Part shown: positions 1 through 8,442 of the stretch, piece after piece | How the letters are laid out: every line of letters begins with the position of its first letter | How positions within the stretch are numbered: position 1 is the first letter of the stretch | Assembly: GCA_963666345.1 (NCBI GenBank) | Contig: OY762721.1 | Span: forward strand, 1,632,001 to 1,696,000 | From: Desulfatiglandales bacterium | GTDB taxonomy: Bacteria > Desulfobacterota > DSM-4660 > Desulfatiglandales > Desulfatiglandaceae | Direction: 5' to 3' | DNA length: 64,000 bases | Notes under the pieces: model-generated | What the model saw: only the letters and a program-made list of their open reading frames with translations | Database searches by the model: none | Told to the model about the DNA's origin: nothing | Program-made: the position numbers and the translations under genes

Positions 1-122
1 CCACATCTCAACAATTGATTCCTGATCACCCGCCCGATGGAATTATCGGGCAATGCCTCTACCAAGTTGATAACCCTCAATGCAAAAGCCTTGGTTCGTT
101 TCCTCAATTCGTCTTCTTTCAT
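1..122 (-). CDS. Four-helix-bundle protein (TIGR02436 / 23S rRNA IVP family), 5' part; runs off window edge
   Basis: Not in ORF track. Manual translation from ATG at 122 (ATGA overlap with the cheR stop): MKEDELRKRTKAFALRVINLVEALPDNSIGRVIRNQLLRC..., paralogous to the ORFs at 1066-1421 and 13741-14100. Confidence 0.85.
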   Translation of the reverse strand, partial: MKEDELRKRTKAFALRVINLVEALPDNSIGRVIRNQLLRC

Positions 123-976
123 CTTTTTTCCGCGCTCCGCGTTCCGCGTTCCGACTTCTTATAGATTCGCGCTTTATCGTCCACTACTTCGTATTGGTCT
201 CGCACATCGGTGAACCGGAGGTCTTCCTTGGTTCCGAGACACAGGAAGCCGCCGTGCACCAGGCTCTCCGTGAAAAGCCCCAGTGCCCGGTTCTGGAGTT
301 CGCGGTTGAAGTAAATGAGCACGTTGCGGCAGAAGACCAGGTGCATCTCGCCGAACACGCGGTCGTTAACGAGGTTGTGATTGGCGAAGGTGATGCGCTC
401 CTTCAAGGAGTCTTCCATGGCCGCAGCGTCGTACCGGGCGTGGTAGTACTGTGAGAAGGAGGCTCTGCCGCCCGCCTGCTGGTAGTTCCTGGTGGCTTTC
501 TGCATCTCCTCGATCTCGTAGATACCCTCCCGGGCCCGCTCCAGGACGGAGTCGTTGAAATCCGTGGCGTAGACGGTCGACCGGTCGTAAATGCCTTCCT
601 CCTTGAGCATAATGGCCAGGGAGTAGACCTCCTCGCCCGTGGCGCAGCCTGTATGCCAGATCTTCAAGTGGGGCCAGGTGCGCAGCATCGGCACGACCTC
701 GGTCCTGATAACCCGGTAGACGAACGGATCCCGAAACATCTCGGTGACAGGGATGGAAAAATACTGGGCCAAGCGCGAGAAGAAATCCTTGTCGTGGAGC
801 ACCCTGTCGATCATTTCGGAGACGGTCCTGCACCCGCTGCCTGACAGGAATTGGCGCACCCTGCGTTCAATGGAGGCCCGGGCATAGGAACGGAAATCGT
901 GGCCGTAAGCCCTCTGCATGGCCTCCAGAAGAAGGTCGATCTCAATCTCTTCGATTGTTGCTTGTTGATTTGTCAC
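119..976 (-). CDS. cheR: Protein-glutamate O-methyltransferase, CheR family
   Basis: Motifs YGHDFRSY, VTEMFRDP, IWHTGCATGEEVYS, FCRNVLIYF, GGFLCLG; GTG start with AAGGA upstream. Confidence 0.93.
   Translation of the reverse strand: MTNQQATIEEIEIDLLLEAMQRAYGHDFRSYARASIERRVRQFLSGSGCRTVSEMIDRVLHDKDFFSRLAQYFSIPVTEMFRDPFVYRVIRTEVVPMLRTWPHLKIWHTGCATGEEVYSLAIMLKEEGIYDRSTVYATDFNDSVLERAREGIYEIEEMQKATRNYQQAGGRASFSQYYHARYDAAAMEDSLKERITFANHNLVNDRVFGEMHLVFCRNVLIYFNRELQNRALGLFTESLVHGGFLCLGTKEDLRFTDVRDQYEVVDDKARIYKKSERGTRSAEKR
127..157. repeat. Heptamer tandem array (TCCGCGY) inside the cheR 3' end
   Basis: TTCCGCGCTCCGCGTTCCGCGTTCCGAC; translated as ...SERGTRSAEKR. Confidence 0.8.
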
Positions 977-1065
977 TGTTTTTTCCTTGCGCTGTTTTTC
1001 TGGTCGTTATGAATATTGATGTTATTTCATGAGCCTTTGGATTGTTTATTGTTTATTGAAAAACA

Positions 1066-1421
1066 TTATTTTCCCTTTTTCTGTGCTGTTCTTCTGGTGG
1101 CGATAAAAATTGATGTGAGTTCATGGGCCTCGCTATACAAGGGTAAAACCTTTTCTTTTTTCATCAGTTTTTCATCGACGATGAACTCCAGCCAGAATTC
1201 CGACTCGTCAGCCTCCTCAATTACAATGCTTATTTTAGATATAAAGGCTGCTTTGGACTGAGAGTGAATTGTGCCCGGTAATTTGCCGCTACAGAAGTCG
1301 AACATCTGGATAATTGTAATCCTATGTGTTTCCCTAATGGCGTTTTAGGTAATGCGACCACAAGCTTGACACAGCGATGCGCAAATTCCTTTGTTCTCTC
1401 TTTTAATTCCTTCGTATCCAT
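1066..1421 (-). pseudogene. Four-helix-bundle protein with a single frameshift at ~1272
   Basis: MDTKELKERTKEFAHRCVKLV...SVAANYRA in one frame continues as TIHSQSKAAFISKISIVIEEADESEFWLE... in another; one added base restores a ~118-aa family member. Could be a sequencing error. Confidence 0.85.
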
Positions 1422-1433
1422 CTCCCTTTTCTC

Positions 1434-1537
1434 CCAATCACAAATCAACAATCGCCAATCAACAATCCAAAATAGCCAATCGCAATCAGTCTTCTTTCAT
1501 CTTCCTTCCGCGTTCCCCGTTCCGCACTCCGAGTTCC
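1434..1537. repeat. Two heptamer arrays (CAATCAA-type 1434-1488; TTCCGCG-type 1505-1537)
   Basis: Visible 7-nt periodicity; the CAATC array is the reverse complement of the GATTGTT arrays at 953-973 and 1036-1058. Confidence 0.8.
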
Positions 1538-4500
1538 TAACGATACAGCCACACCCTCATCATCGAAATCAGACGCTCCTGGTCCACCGGCTTTGGCAGG
1601 TAGTCGTTCGCGCCCGCCTCGATGCACTTCTGGCGGTCCTCCGGCATGGCCTTGGCCGTCAACACAATAATCGGTACTTTCCGCGTTCCGCGCTCCGCGC
1701 TCCGAATTCGTTGAATCGCCTCATACCCGTCCATCACCGGCATCATGATGTCCATCAGGATGAGGTCCACATCCGGTTCCCGCTCGAGCACCTGAAGGGC
1801 CTGCTCCCCATTACCCGCCTTCAAGGCTTTCATGCCACGCTCGGAGAGGAGACGTGACAGGGCAAAGGTGGTTCGCATGTCGTCGTCAACGACCAGCACC
1901 TTCTTGTCCTTGAGCAGGACGTCGGTCTCGTGCAGGTTCTGAATCATCTGCTTTTTCCTTCCAGGCATCCGGCTCACCACGCGGTGGAGGAACAGGGACA
2001 CCTCGTCCAGGAGCCGCTCCTGGGACCGTACGTCTTTGATCACAATCGATTCGGCACGCTCACTCAGCTCCATCTCCTCCTGCTCCGTGAGTTCCCGGGC
2101 GGTGTGAATGATGACCGGAGGCAGTTCTATGCCTTCGGCCTCCACCCTCTTGAGCAGCTCGCCGCCGCTCATGTCCGGCAGGCCAAGGTCGAGAATCAGA
2201 CATCCATACCTTGTTGCCCGCAGAGCTTTGATGGCCTGCTCCCCGGTGGCCGCTTCGTCGACCCGGACGTCCCTGTCCCCGATCAGTTGCTTGACGCTGA
2301 GGCGTATCCGGTCGTCGTCCTCCACGAGCAGGACGCGTTTTTTCTTCTCATGAGCGGTTGCTTCGATTTTTCTGAACGCGTGTTCGAGTTCTTCCCGGCT
2401 GATCGGCTTGGTGGCGTGACCGATCGCCCCTCTCCGCAGGGATTCGGTCGTCACCTCTTCAACAGATACGACGTGCACGGGGATATGCCGGGTCCTGATG
2501 TCGTCTTTGAGCGTTCCCAGCACGGCCCAGCCGTCCATGCCGGGGAGCCGTATATCGAGCATGATGCCGTCAGGAAGATGCTTGCGCGCCAGCTCCAGAC
2601 CGGCCTCGCCCGCAGGCGCGGCCAGGCACTTGAAGCCGCGCTCGTGACACTTGTCGTAGAGGACCTTGGCAAATCTTGAGTCGTCCTCGATGATGAGAAT
2701 GACCTTGTCGCCCTCCTCAAGGTTTTCGCGATCATCCGCTATGGAGCTCAGAGTTCGGAGCTCGGAACGCTCGAACGCGGAATGCGGAGCGCGGAACACG
2801 GAACTGTCTTCCCGTCCCCTCTTCAGAGCTCCGAGCTCCGAGCTTCGCGTCTCTTCAACCTTTATCGGAAGATAAAGGGTGAAGACCGATCCTTTCCCCT
2901 CCTGGCTTTGCACCTGGATTTCTCCGCCCAGGAGGTTGGTCAGGCCCCTGGAGATGGAAAGCCCCAGGCCAGTTCCCCCGTACTTCCGAGCCGTTCCGCC
3001 GTCCGCCTGCTGGAACGCCTCGAAGACGATCTTGTGCTTTTCCGCTGCGATGCCGATTCCCGTGTCGGCGACCGAAATGCACAGCATTTCGATCGAACGC
3101 GGAGATTCATCTCCTCTTCCGCGCTCCGCGCTCCCTCCGGGGCCGCTTCCAGCCCGGAGGGCCTCCAGGCCGGAGGGTAGGCCCCTATGGGCCGGAGGCC
3201 GCGCTCCGAGTTCAAAGGTGACCGTCACGCTTCCCTCTTCCGTGAACTTGAGGGCGTTGGACACAAGGTTCCTTATGACCTGCTCTACGCGCTTCCTGTC
3301 GCTTTTTATCTCGGTCGGGGCGTCACCACTCACCGCAACCTCCAGTTTGAGGCCTTTCTCTTCCGCCACGTGTCCGAAGAAGACCCGGACGCCGTCCGCA
3401 AGATCACTTACCTGAACCGTTCCTAACTGTAGTTCCATCCGGCCGGCCTCTATCTTGGAAAGATCCAGGATCTCGTTGATGAGGTTGAGCAGATCCGTGC
3501 CGCTTCCGTAGATGACCCCAGCGGACTCGATCTGGTCGTCCGTGAGGTTGCCGTCCTTGTTCTGCGCCAGCGATTGGGCTAAAAGGAGGAGGCTGTTCAG
3601 CGGGGACCGCAGTTCGTGGGACATGGTTGCCAAAAATTCAGATTTGTATTTGCTGGCCGTGGCCAGCTCCGCGGCTTTTTCCTCGACCACTCTGTTTGCC
3701 TCTTCGACCTCGCGCTTCTGCCGCTCCAACATCTCGTTCTTCTCTTCCAGCTCCTCGTTGGTGACCTGCAATTCTTCCTGCTGGGTCTTGAGTCTTTCTT
3801 CGGATTCCTTCAATAACCGGGTTTGTTCCTCCATCTCCTCATTGGAGGTCCTGAGCTCCTCCTGCTGGGCCTGGAGCTCCTCAGCCTGCCGCTGGCTTAC
3901 CTCAAGGGTTTTCTGCAACTGCTGCCGTGCGAAGGCCGAATTAAGGGCAATGGAGATTCTTTCGGCATTCTCCTCCAGAAAGTTCCTCTGATCTTCGGAA
4001 AAGGCTTCAAAGGTTCCTAATTCAATAACGCCTAAGGTTAACTCATTGAAAACAAGGGGTATGACGAGGATGTTTTTAGGCGGCTTTTCCCCAAGCCCCG
4101 AGGAGATGGCAATGTAGTCGTCCGGAACATTGGTGAGCAGGATGGATTGCTTCTCCAGGGCTGCCTGGCCGATGAGCCCTTCTCCTGTTTTAAATTCATT
4201 GGAGAGGTTTTTCCGGGTTTTATAGGCATAGCTAGCCTTCAGATTGAAAACTCCGTCGCCGTTATCGAGGTAAAAGGCCCCTACCCGGACCTGGAGGTAT
4301 TTGGCAATGAAGGTGACGATATTCCGGCACAGGACGTCCGGGGCCTGTTCACCCCGCATCCGGTCGTCAAGCTCGGACAGGCCGGTCTTTTGCCAGTTTC
4401 GGCGTTCCTGCTCGGAGCGTGCCGCCCGCATAGATTTGACGGCCTCTCTGAAGCTTTCATTCAGCACGCCGATCTCGTTTTTCGGAGTCTTGATCTCCAC

Positions 4501-5688
4501 AAGCGTCAGGTCTCCGCCGGTGATCTGACGGGACCAGTCCGTAAGACTCCGGATGGGTCTGGCGATTCGGCCGGAGGCAAGCAGGGAAAGTGTCAGAACC
4601 AGAAGGGCTACGACGGCCGCCAACCCGGCGGTGATCTTTGCAAGGGCTACGGCCGGGGCCAGAGCCTCTTCCATGTCCACCTCAGCCAGGATGGCCCACT
4701 GAAGTCCACTGACGGCCAACGGGGCGTAGACGCTAAGGACTTTTTTGCCCCGGTAATCGGTAATGATGCACTTATCCGCTTTTCCGGCCAGGGCTTCAAG
4801 AACGCCTTTTGAGTCCACCCCGTTTTGCTCCACCGTCCCCGAGAGGGAGGCTTGTACCGTTCGGTTGACCGAATCATTGAAAGAATCGGAACGCATGCGC
4901 CGGTCCGGTCCCACCAGGTAGACCTCGCCGGTGCGACCCATTCCTTCGCGGCGGCCCATGCGCTCGGAAAGGTACTTCAAGGGAAGCTGGAAGGCAATGT
5001 ATCCCAGGCAGACATCGCCACGGTAAACCGGCGTGCCCATGAACATTGCTACGTTGTTTTCAAAAAGGGCCGCATCCACCACGAGGACCTCTCCCGGCTT
5101 GGCCGCCTTGAGGCCCTGATACAGACGGGCCAGGTTGGTCTCCTGATAAGGCCCCGAGATCAAACTGGCGCCGAAGTCCGGTCCTTTCCGCTCCGTGTAA
5201 ACCACGTTTCCTGCCGGGTCCATGAGCAGCACATCCTCGTGCTGTTGGATTTTTGTATATCTTTTGAAGAACCTTTGTTCCTCCTGATGCACGGCGCTGT
5301 AAGCGCTTCCATCCCCGGCATCCGTCAGGTCGGGTTTGGCAAAGTAAAGCGACTTCAGCCGGTCAGGCCCCAGGAAATTGAACCCCGCCGCCATGTCCAC
5401 GATGTCGCTTTTGAGGGCTTCCATTTGGGAAACGAACAGGATCTCCGTGTGCCATCTCCCGAAATTGGTCAAAACGATATTTTTATTTATTTCCCTGATT
5501 GCCACGAGCTTTTCTACGGCACTTTCGGTAAGGGCTTTTTGGGCACGGGTATAGGAGATGATGCTCACCAGGGCCATGGGCACCAGGGCCAGAAGGACGA
5601 ACCACGCAAGCAGCGTGCCGCGCATGCCCCGGAAAAAAGGGGCCCGGCCGGTTGGGTCTTTGATTCCGATTGATTGTTCAGTAGCCAT
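1537..5688 (-). CDS. Hybrid sensor histidine kinase (TM-Cache-TM-HAMP-GAF-coiled coil-HisKA-HATPase-3xREC)
   Basis: H-box FLATMSHELRSPLN, N-box NLVSNALKFT, DTGIGI, GGTGLGL, three receiver domains; start set at ATG 5688 (MATEQ) behind GGGAGG. Confidence 0.93.
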   Translation of the reverse strand: MATEQSIGIKDPTGRAPFFRGMRGTLLAWFVLLALVPMALVSIISYTRAQKALTESAVEKLVAIREINKNIVLTNFGRWHTEILFVSQMEALKSDIVDMAAGFNFLGPDRLKSLYFAKPDLTDAGDGSAYSAVHQEEQRFFKRYTKIQQHEDVLLMDPAGNVVYTERKGPDFGASLISGPYQETNLARLYQGLKAAKPGEVLVVDAALFENNVAMFMGTPVYRGDVCLGYIAFQLPLKYLSERMGRREGMGRTGEVYLVGPDRRMRSDSFNDSVNRTVQASLSGTVEQNGVDSKGVLEALAGKADKCIITDYRGKKVLSVYAPLAVSGLQWAILAEVDMEEALAPAVALAKITAGLAAVVALLVLTLSLLASGRIARPIRSLTDWSRQITGGDLTLVEIKTPKNEIGVLNESFREAVKSMRAARSEQERRNWQKTGLSELDDRMRGEQAPDVLCRNIVTFIAKYLQVRVGAFYLDNGDGVFNLKASYAYKTRKNLSNEFKTGEGLIGQAALEKQSILLTNVPDDYIAISSGLGEKPPKNILVIPLVFNELTLGVIELGTFEAFSEDQRNFLEENAERISIALNSAFARQQLQKTLEVSQRQAEELQAQQEELRTSNEEMEEQTRLLKESEERLKTQQEELQVTNEELEEKNEMLERQKREVEEANRVVEEKAAELATASKYKSEFLATMSHELRSPLNSLLLLAQSLAQNKDGNLTDDQIESAGVIYGSGTDLLNLINEILDLSKIEAGRMELQLGTVQVSDLADGVRVFFGHVAEEKGLKLEVAVSGDAPTEIKSDRKRVEQVIRNLVSNALKFTEEGSVTVTFELGARPPAHRGLPSGLEALRAGSGPGGSAERGRGDESPRSIEMLCISVADTGIGIAAEKHKIVFEAFQQADGGTARKYGGTGLGLSISRGLTNLLGGEIQVQSQEGKGSVFTLYLPIKVEETRSSELGALKRGREDSSVFRAPHSAFERSELRTLSSIADDRENLEEGDKVILIIEDDSRFAKVLYDKCHERGFKCLAAPAGEAGLELARKHLPDGIMLDIRLPGMDGWAVLGTLKDDIRTRHIPVHVVSVEEVTTESLRRGAIGHATKPISREELEHAFRKIEATAHEKKKRVLLVEDDDRIRLSVKQLIGDRDVRVDEAATGEQAIKALRATRYGCLILDLGLPDMSGGELLKRVEAEGIELPPVIIHTARELTEQEEMELSERAESIVIKDVRSQERLLDEVSLFLHRVVSRMPGRKKQMIQNLHETDVLLKDKKVLVVDDDMRTTFALSRLLSERGMKALKAGNGEQALQVLEREPDVDLILMDIMMPVMDGYEAIQRIRSAERGTRKVPIIVLTAKAMPEDRQKCIEAGANDYLPKPVDQERLISMMRVWLYR

Positions 5689-5796
5689 ATTAGAGCCTCC
5701 CCGCTCTCTTGTAATTTGAAATTTAAAACTGGACAAATATGAGGTATTGATCTTGGACTCATCGAGTTTCGAATTTCCAATTTCAAGTGTCTATAT

Positions 5797-6987
5797 TTAA
5801 TAAACCGGCTGCCACCTTCCATCCTTTACTTTCAGGATATGGACAGTCCGAATGCCGTCGCCCTTTTTGTCAAAAGCCATCATGCCGGCGGTGCCGCGCC
5901 AGATGCCCATATTGGCTAATCCTTCCCTGATTTTATCACGCTCTTCCTGAAGCCTCAGGGGTTCGCCCGTGATTCCCTTTTTTTTCATGATATCCGCAAC
6001 AAAAAGCAGGATGTCGTGAACCACCACGTCAAACTGTTCGGGGTCGCAGTTCATGGCCGGATGTTTCTTTTTGCATCTTCTTCTGAATTCTTCGACATAG
6101 CTTTGGACTTTGGGATTCGGGTCTTCCGGATAAAAGAGACTCATCGACCAGAGATCTTCGGCCGCATCACCGGCGATTTCAATGACCTTGGGGTTGGCGG
6201 TGGGGCTGGCGCCCAGGATCGGTTGTTTAAGCCCCTGGCGGCGAATCTCTTTAATCAATTCTCCGGCCTCCTGGGGAAAGGCGGAAATACCAATGCCTCC
6301 GGCCTGATAAGTCATGGCCTTCTCGACATGCTTCTTGAAGTCCTTCTGACCCACTGGAAATGATATCGGGTCATTCTCATTCAAGATCCGGACATTCAGG
6401 TCTTTCATGATTTCGGGCCAGATCTTTTTTGCTATGGTCGAAGTCACAGTGGATTCCCGTTCGTAAAGGATCACCACATTTTTAGTCTTGTGAGCCGCAA
6501 CCCAGCTCTTGACCAAGGGGCCTTCTTTCTTGTCCGATGTCACTGTCATTCGAAAGGCATAGGGCCATTTGTTCAAATCGCTAAGCCCAGGTGTGGCGGA
6601 TGCTGTGGCGATGACCGCCGTCTTTTCTTCATTGGTGACCGGAAAGACGCCAAGGTATACACTGGTGAGCAAGGGACCGATGATGATAAAAACTTTATCT
6701 TCGCCGGCCATTTTCCGATACGCAGCTACACCCTGTTGTTGATCGCCGCCGGTGTCCATAATCACCGCCTCGAGAGGGATCCCCCCTATCCCTCCACGCC
6801 GGTTCACCTTCTCAATGGCCATATCCAGTCCTATGACCTGTTTCTTGCCCCAGTCGGGATTCATAGGACCTGTCACGGGGGCCAATAGACCAACCTTCAG
6901 CTTACCCTCTTGCGCCCACAGCGGATTGGAGATCAGAATGATCAGGATTAAACCCGTCACCAAGATAAATATACCCTTTGTTCTCAT
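5797..6987 (-). CDS. Periplasmic binding protein, LivJ/branched-chain amino acid type
   Basis: Signal peptide, KVGLLAPVTG, NRRGGIGG, FRMT, GTAGMMAFDKKGD; no permease adjacent. Confidence 0.88.
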   Translation of the reverse strand: MRTKGIFILVTGLILIILISNPLWAQEGKLKVGLLAPVTGPMNPDWGKKQVIGLDMAIEKVNRRGGIGGIPLEAVIMDTGGDQQQGVAAYRKMAGEDKVFIIIGPLLTSVYLGVFPVTNEEKTAVIATASATPGLSDLNKWPYAFRMTVTSDKKEGPLVKSWVAAHKTKNVVILYERESTVTSTIAKKIWPEIMKDLNVRILNENDPISFPVGQKDFKKHVEKAMTYQAGGIGISAFPQEAGELIKEIRRQGLKQPILGASPTANPKVIEIAGDAAEDLWSMSLFYPEDPNPKVQSYVEEFRRRCKKKHPAMNCDPEQFDVVVHDILLFVADIMKKKGITGEPLRLQEERDKIREGLANMGIWRGTAGMMAFDKKGDGIRTVHILKVKDGRWQPVY

Positions 6988-7106
6988 CTTTTCGCCGCCT
7001 TTCCGTTCCTGAATTGAGTAGTTGAATGAGTTTCTCCTATCCTGCGCCTCTTTAAGCCTCTGTTCCGATTTAGTTGACCACTCAACACCCGTGATTTTCT
7101 CGCAGT

Positions 7107-7487
7107 CTAAACATTTCGCGATTCAAAACTCTTCCTAATCGCCGGCATTAACTCTGTTTTCATGCGCTTCTTTACAACAAAACCGGAAGCGCCCTTTATT
7201 ATTGCCGCTTCTCTGTACTCATCAATATCGTAAATGGTGAGAATGATAACTGCGACATCCGGCATTTTTTGCTTAATTATGCCGGTCGCATCCAATCCGT
7301 TCAATTTCGGCATCCTCATGTCCATCAACACGATATCCGGCTTGAGTTCTTTGGTTTTCAATATGGCTTCTTCCCCATTTTTTGCCTCTCCGATGATCTC
7401 TATATCTTTTTCAACACACAGGATCTCTTTTGCGAAATCCAAAAATTTTACGTTGTCGTCGACAAGGAGCAATTTAATCATCTTCAT
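7107..7487 (-). CDS. Stand-alone response regulator receiver protein
   Basis: LLVDD, PDIVLMDMRMP, LT, GASGFVVK; no output domain. Confidence 0.9.
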   Translation of the reverse strand: MKMIKLLLVDDNVKFLDFAKEILCVEKDIEIIGEAKNGEEAILKTKELKPDIVLMDMRMPKLNGLDATGIIKQKMPDVAVIILTIYDIDEYREAAIIKGASGFVVKKRMKTELMPAIRKSFESRNV

Positions 7488-7569
7488 GATAACTTCCTTT
7501 GTTATGACTGTTGATTGGTGATCACCAATTTTTTAGTATTAAATATAGAGGTGTTGATTGGGGATGTGT

Positions 7570-7609
7570 ATCGGTGAAACCCTGATTTTTCAGAAAAAAA
7601 CCCTGATTT
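7570..7609. promoter_or_regulatory. Candidate regulator-binding direct repeat AAACCCTGATTT x2
   Basis: Identical 12-mers at 7577-7588 and 7598-7609 (21-bp period), upstream of the receiver gene. Confidence 0.4.
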
Positions 7610-7779
7610 CCATTAGCTTTTACATGTAGGAGTCAACGATAATTATGTATCAATAATTACGATTGGTGATTAAAGAATGGGGAAAGTGAAGAATCGGATA
7701 TTGGAAACATGAATTTCAATGCTGGCTATGAGGGGAAAAATCTAAAGAAGAAAGGGGTAAAGGGTGAATGACCTTATGG

Positions 7780-8442
7780 CTAGGTGTCAGAGCTTATGAT
7801 TCCCTTACGGATGGCGTATTGGGTCAGATCTGCCGTACTATGAATATCCAGTTTATCCATGATGTGGGCCCTATGAGTTTCAACCGTTTTTATGCTGATA
7901 TACAAAAGTCCAGCAATTTCCCGGGGTTTGCGCCCCTCGGAAATCAACTGAAGCACTTCCCTCTCACGATTGGTCAGTTTTTCATGGATTCCGTCGATCT
8001 CCGATATTCGCTCGGCTTTCCGGATGTACTCATCGATTACGGTTTTGGATATGGAAGGGCTCAGAAAGGAACCTCCCCTGTAAACGGCCTGTATCGCCGA
8101 GATTAATTCAGCCGGCGCCGCTTTCTTCACCAGGTACCCTGAAGCGCCGGCCTGCAGGGAATGCAGCACGTACTCTTCGTTAGCATGCATCGTCAGAATT
8201 ATAATTTTCATTTCAGGAAAACTTTTCTTCAGCTGCCGGGTCGCCTCCAGGCCATTGAGGCCGGGCATGGTGATATCCATTACCGCAATGTCGGGCTGCA
8301 ACGCTTCAGCCTTTTTTATTGCTTCTCTTCCATCCTCAGCCTCACCGACTACTTCTATTCCGATTTCCTTCTCCAGAAGGGAGCGAAGACCCTCGCGAAC
8401 AATGGTGTGATCTTCGGCCAGCAGTACAGTTATCTTTTCCAT
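7780..8442 (-). CDS. NarL/LuxR-family DNA-binding response regulator
   Basis: REC (LAEDH, DITMP) plus LTNREREVLQL...SIKTVETHRAHIMDKL HTH. Confidence 0.95.
   Translation of the reverse strand: MEKITVLLAEDHTIVREGLRSLLEKEIGIEVVGEAEDGREAIKKAEALQPDIAVMDITMPGLNGLEATRQLKKSFPEMKIIILTMHANEEYVLHSLQAGASGYLVKKAAPAELISAIQAVYRGGSFLSPSISKTVIDEYIRKAERISEIDGIHEKLTNREREVLQLISEGRKPREIAGLLYISIKTVETHRAHIMDKLDIHSTADLTQYAIRKGIISSDT

Noticed and set aside
1324..5673. Long plus-strand ORFs opposite the kinase (also opposite sahR, pdxJ and the ABC genes)
   Set aside because: Shadow ORFs of GC-rich coding sequence with no motifs or RBS.
7010..7090. Weak inverted octamer array (TTGAGTAG / CCACTCAA)
   Set aside because: Too few units to distinguish from chance.
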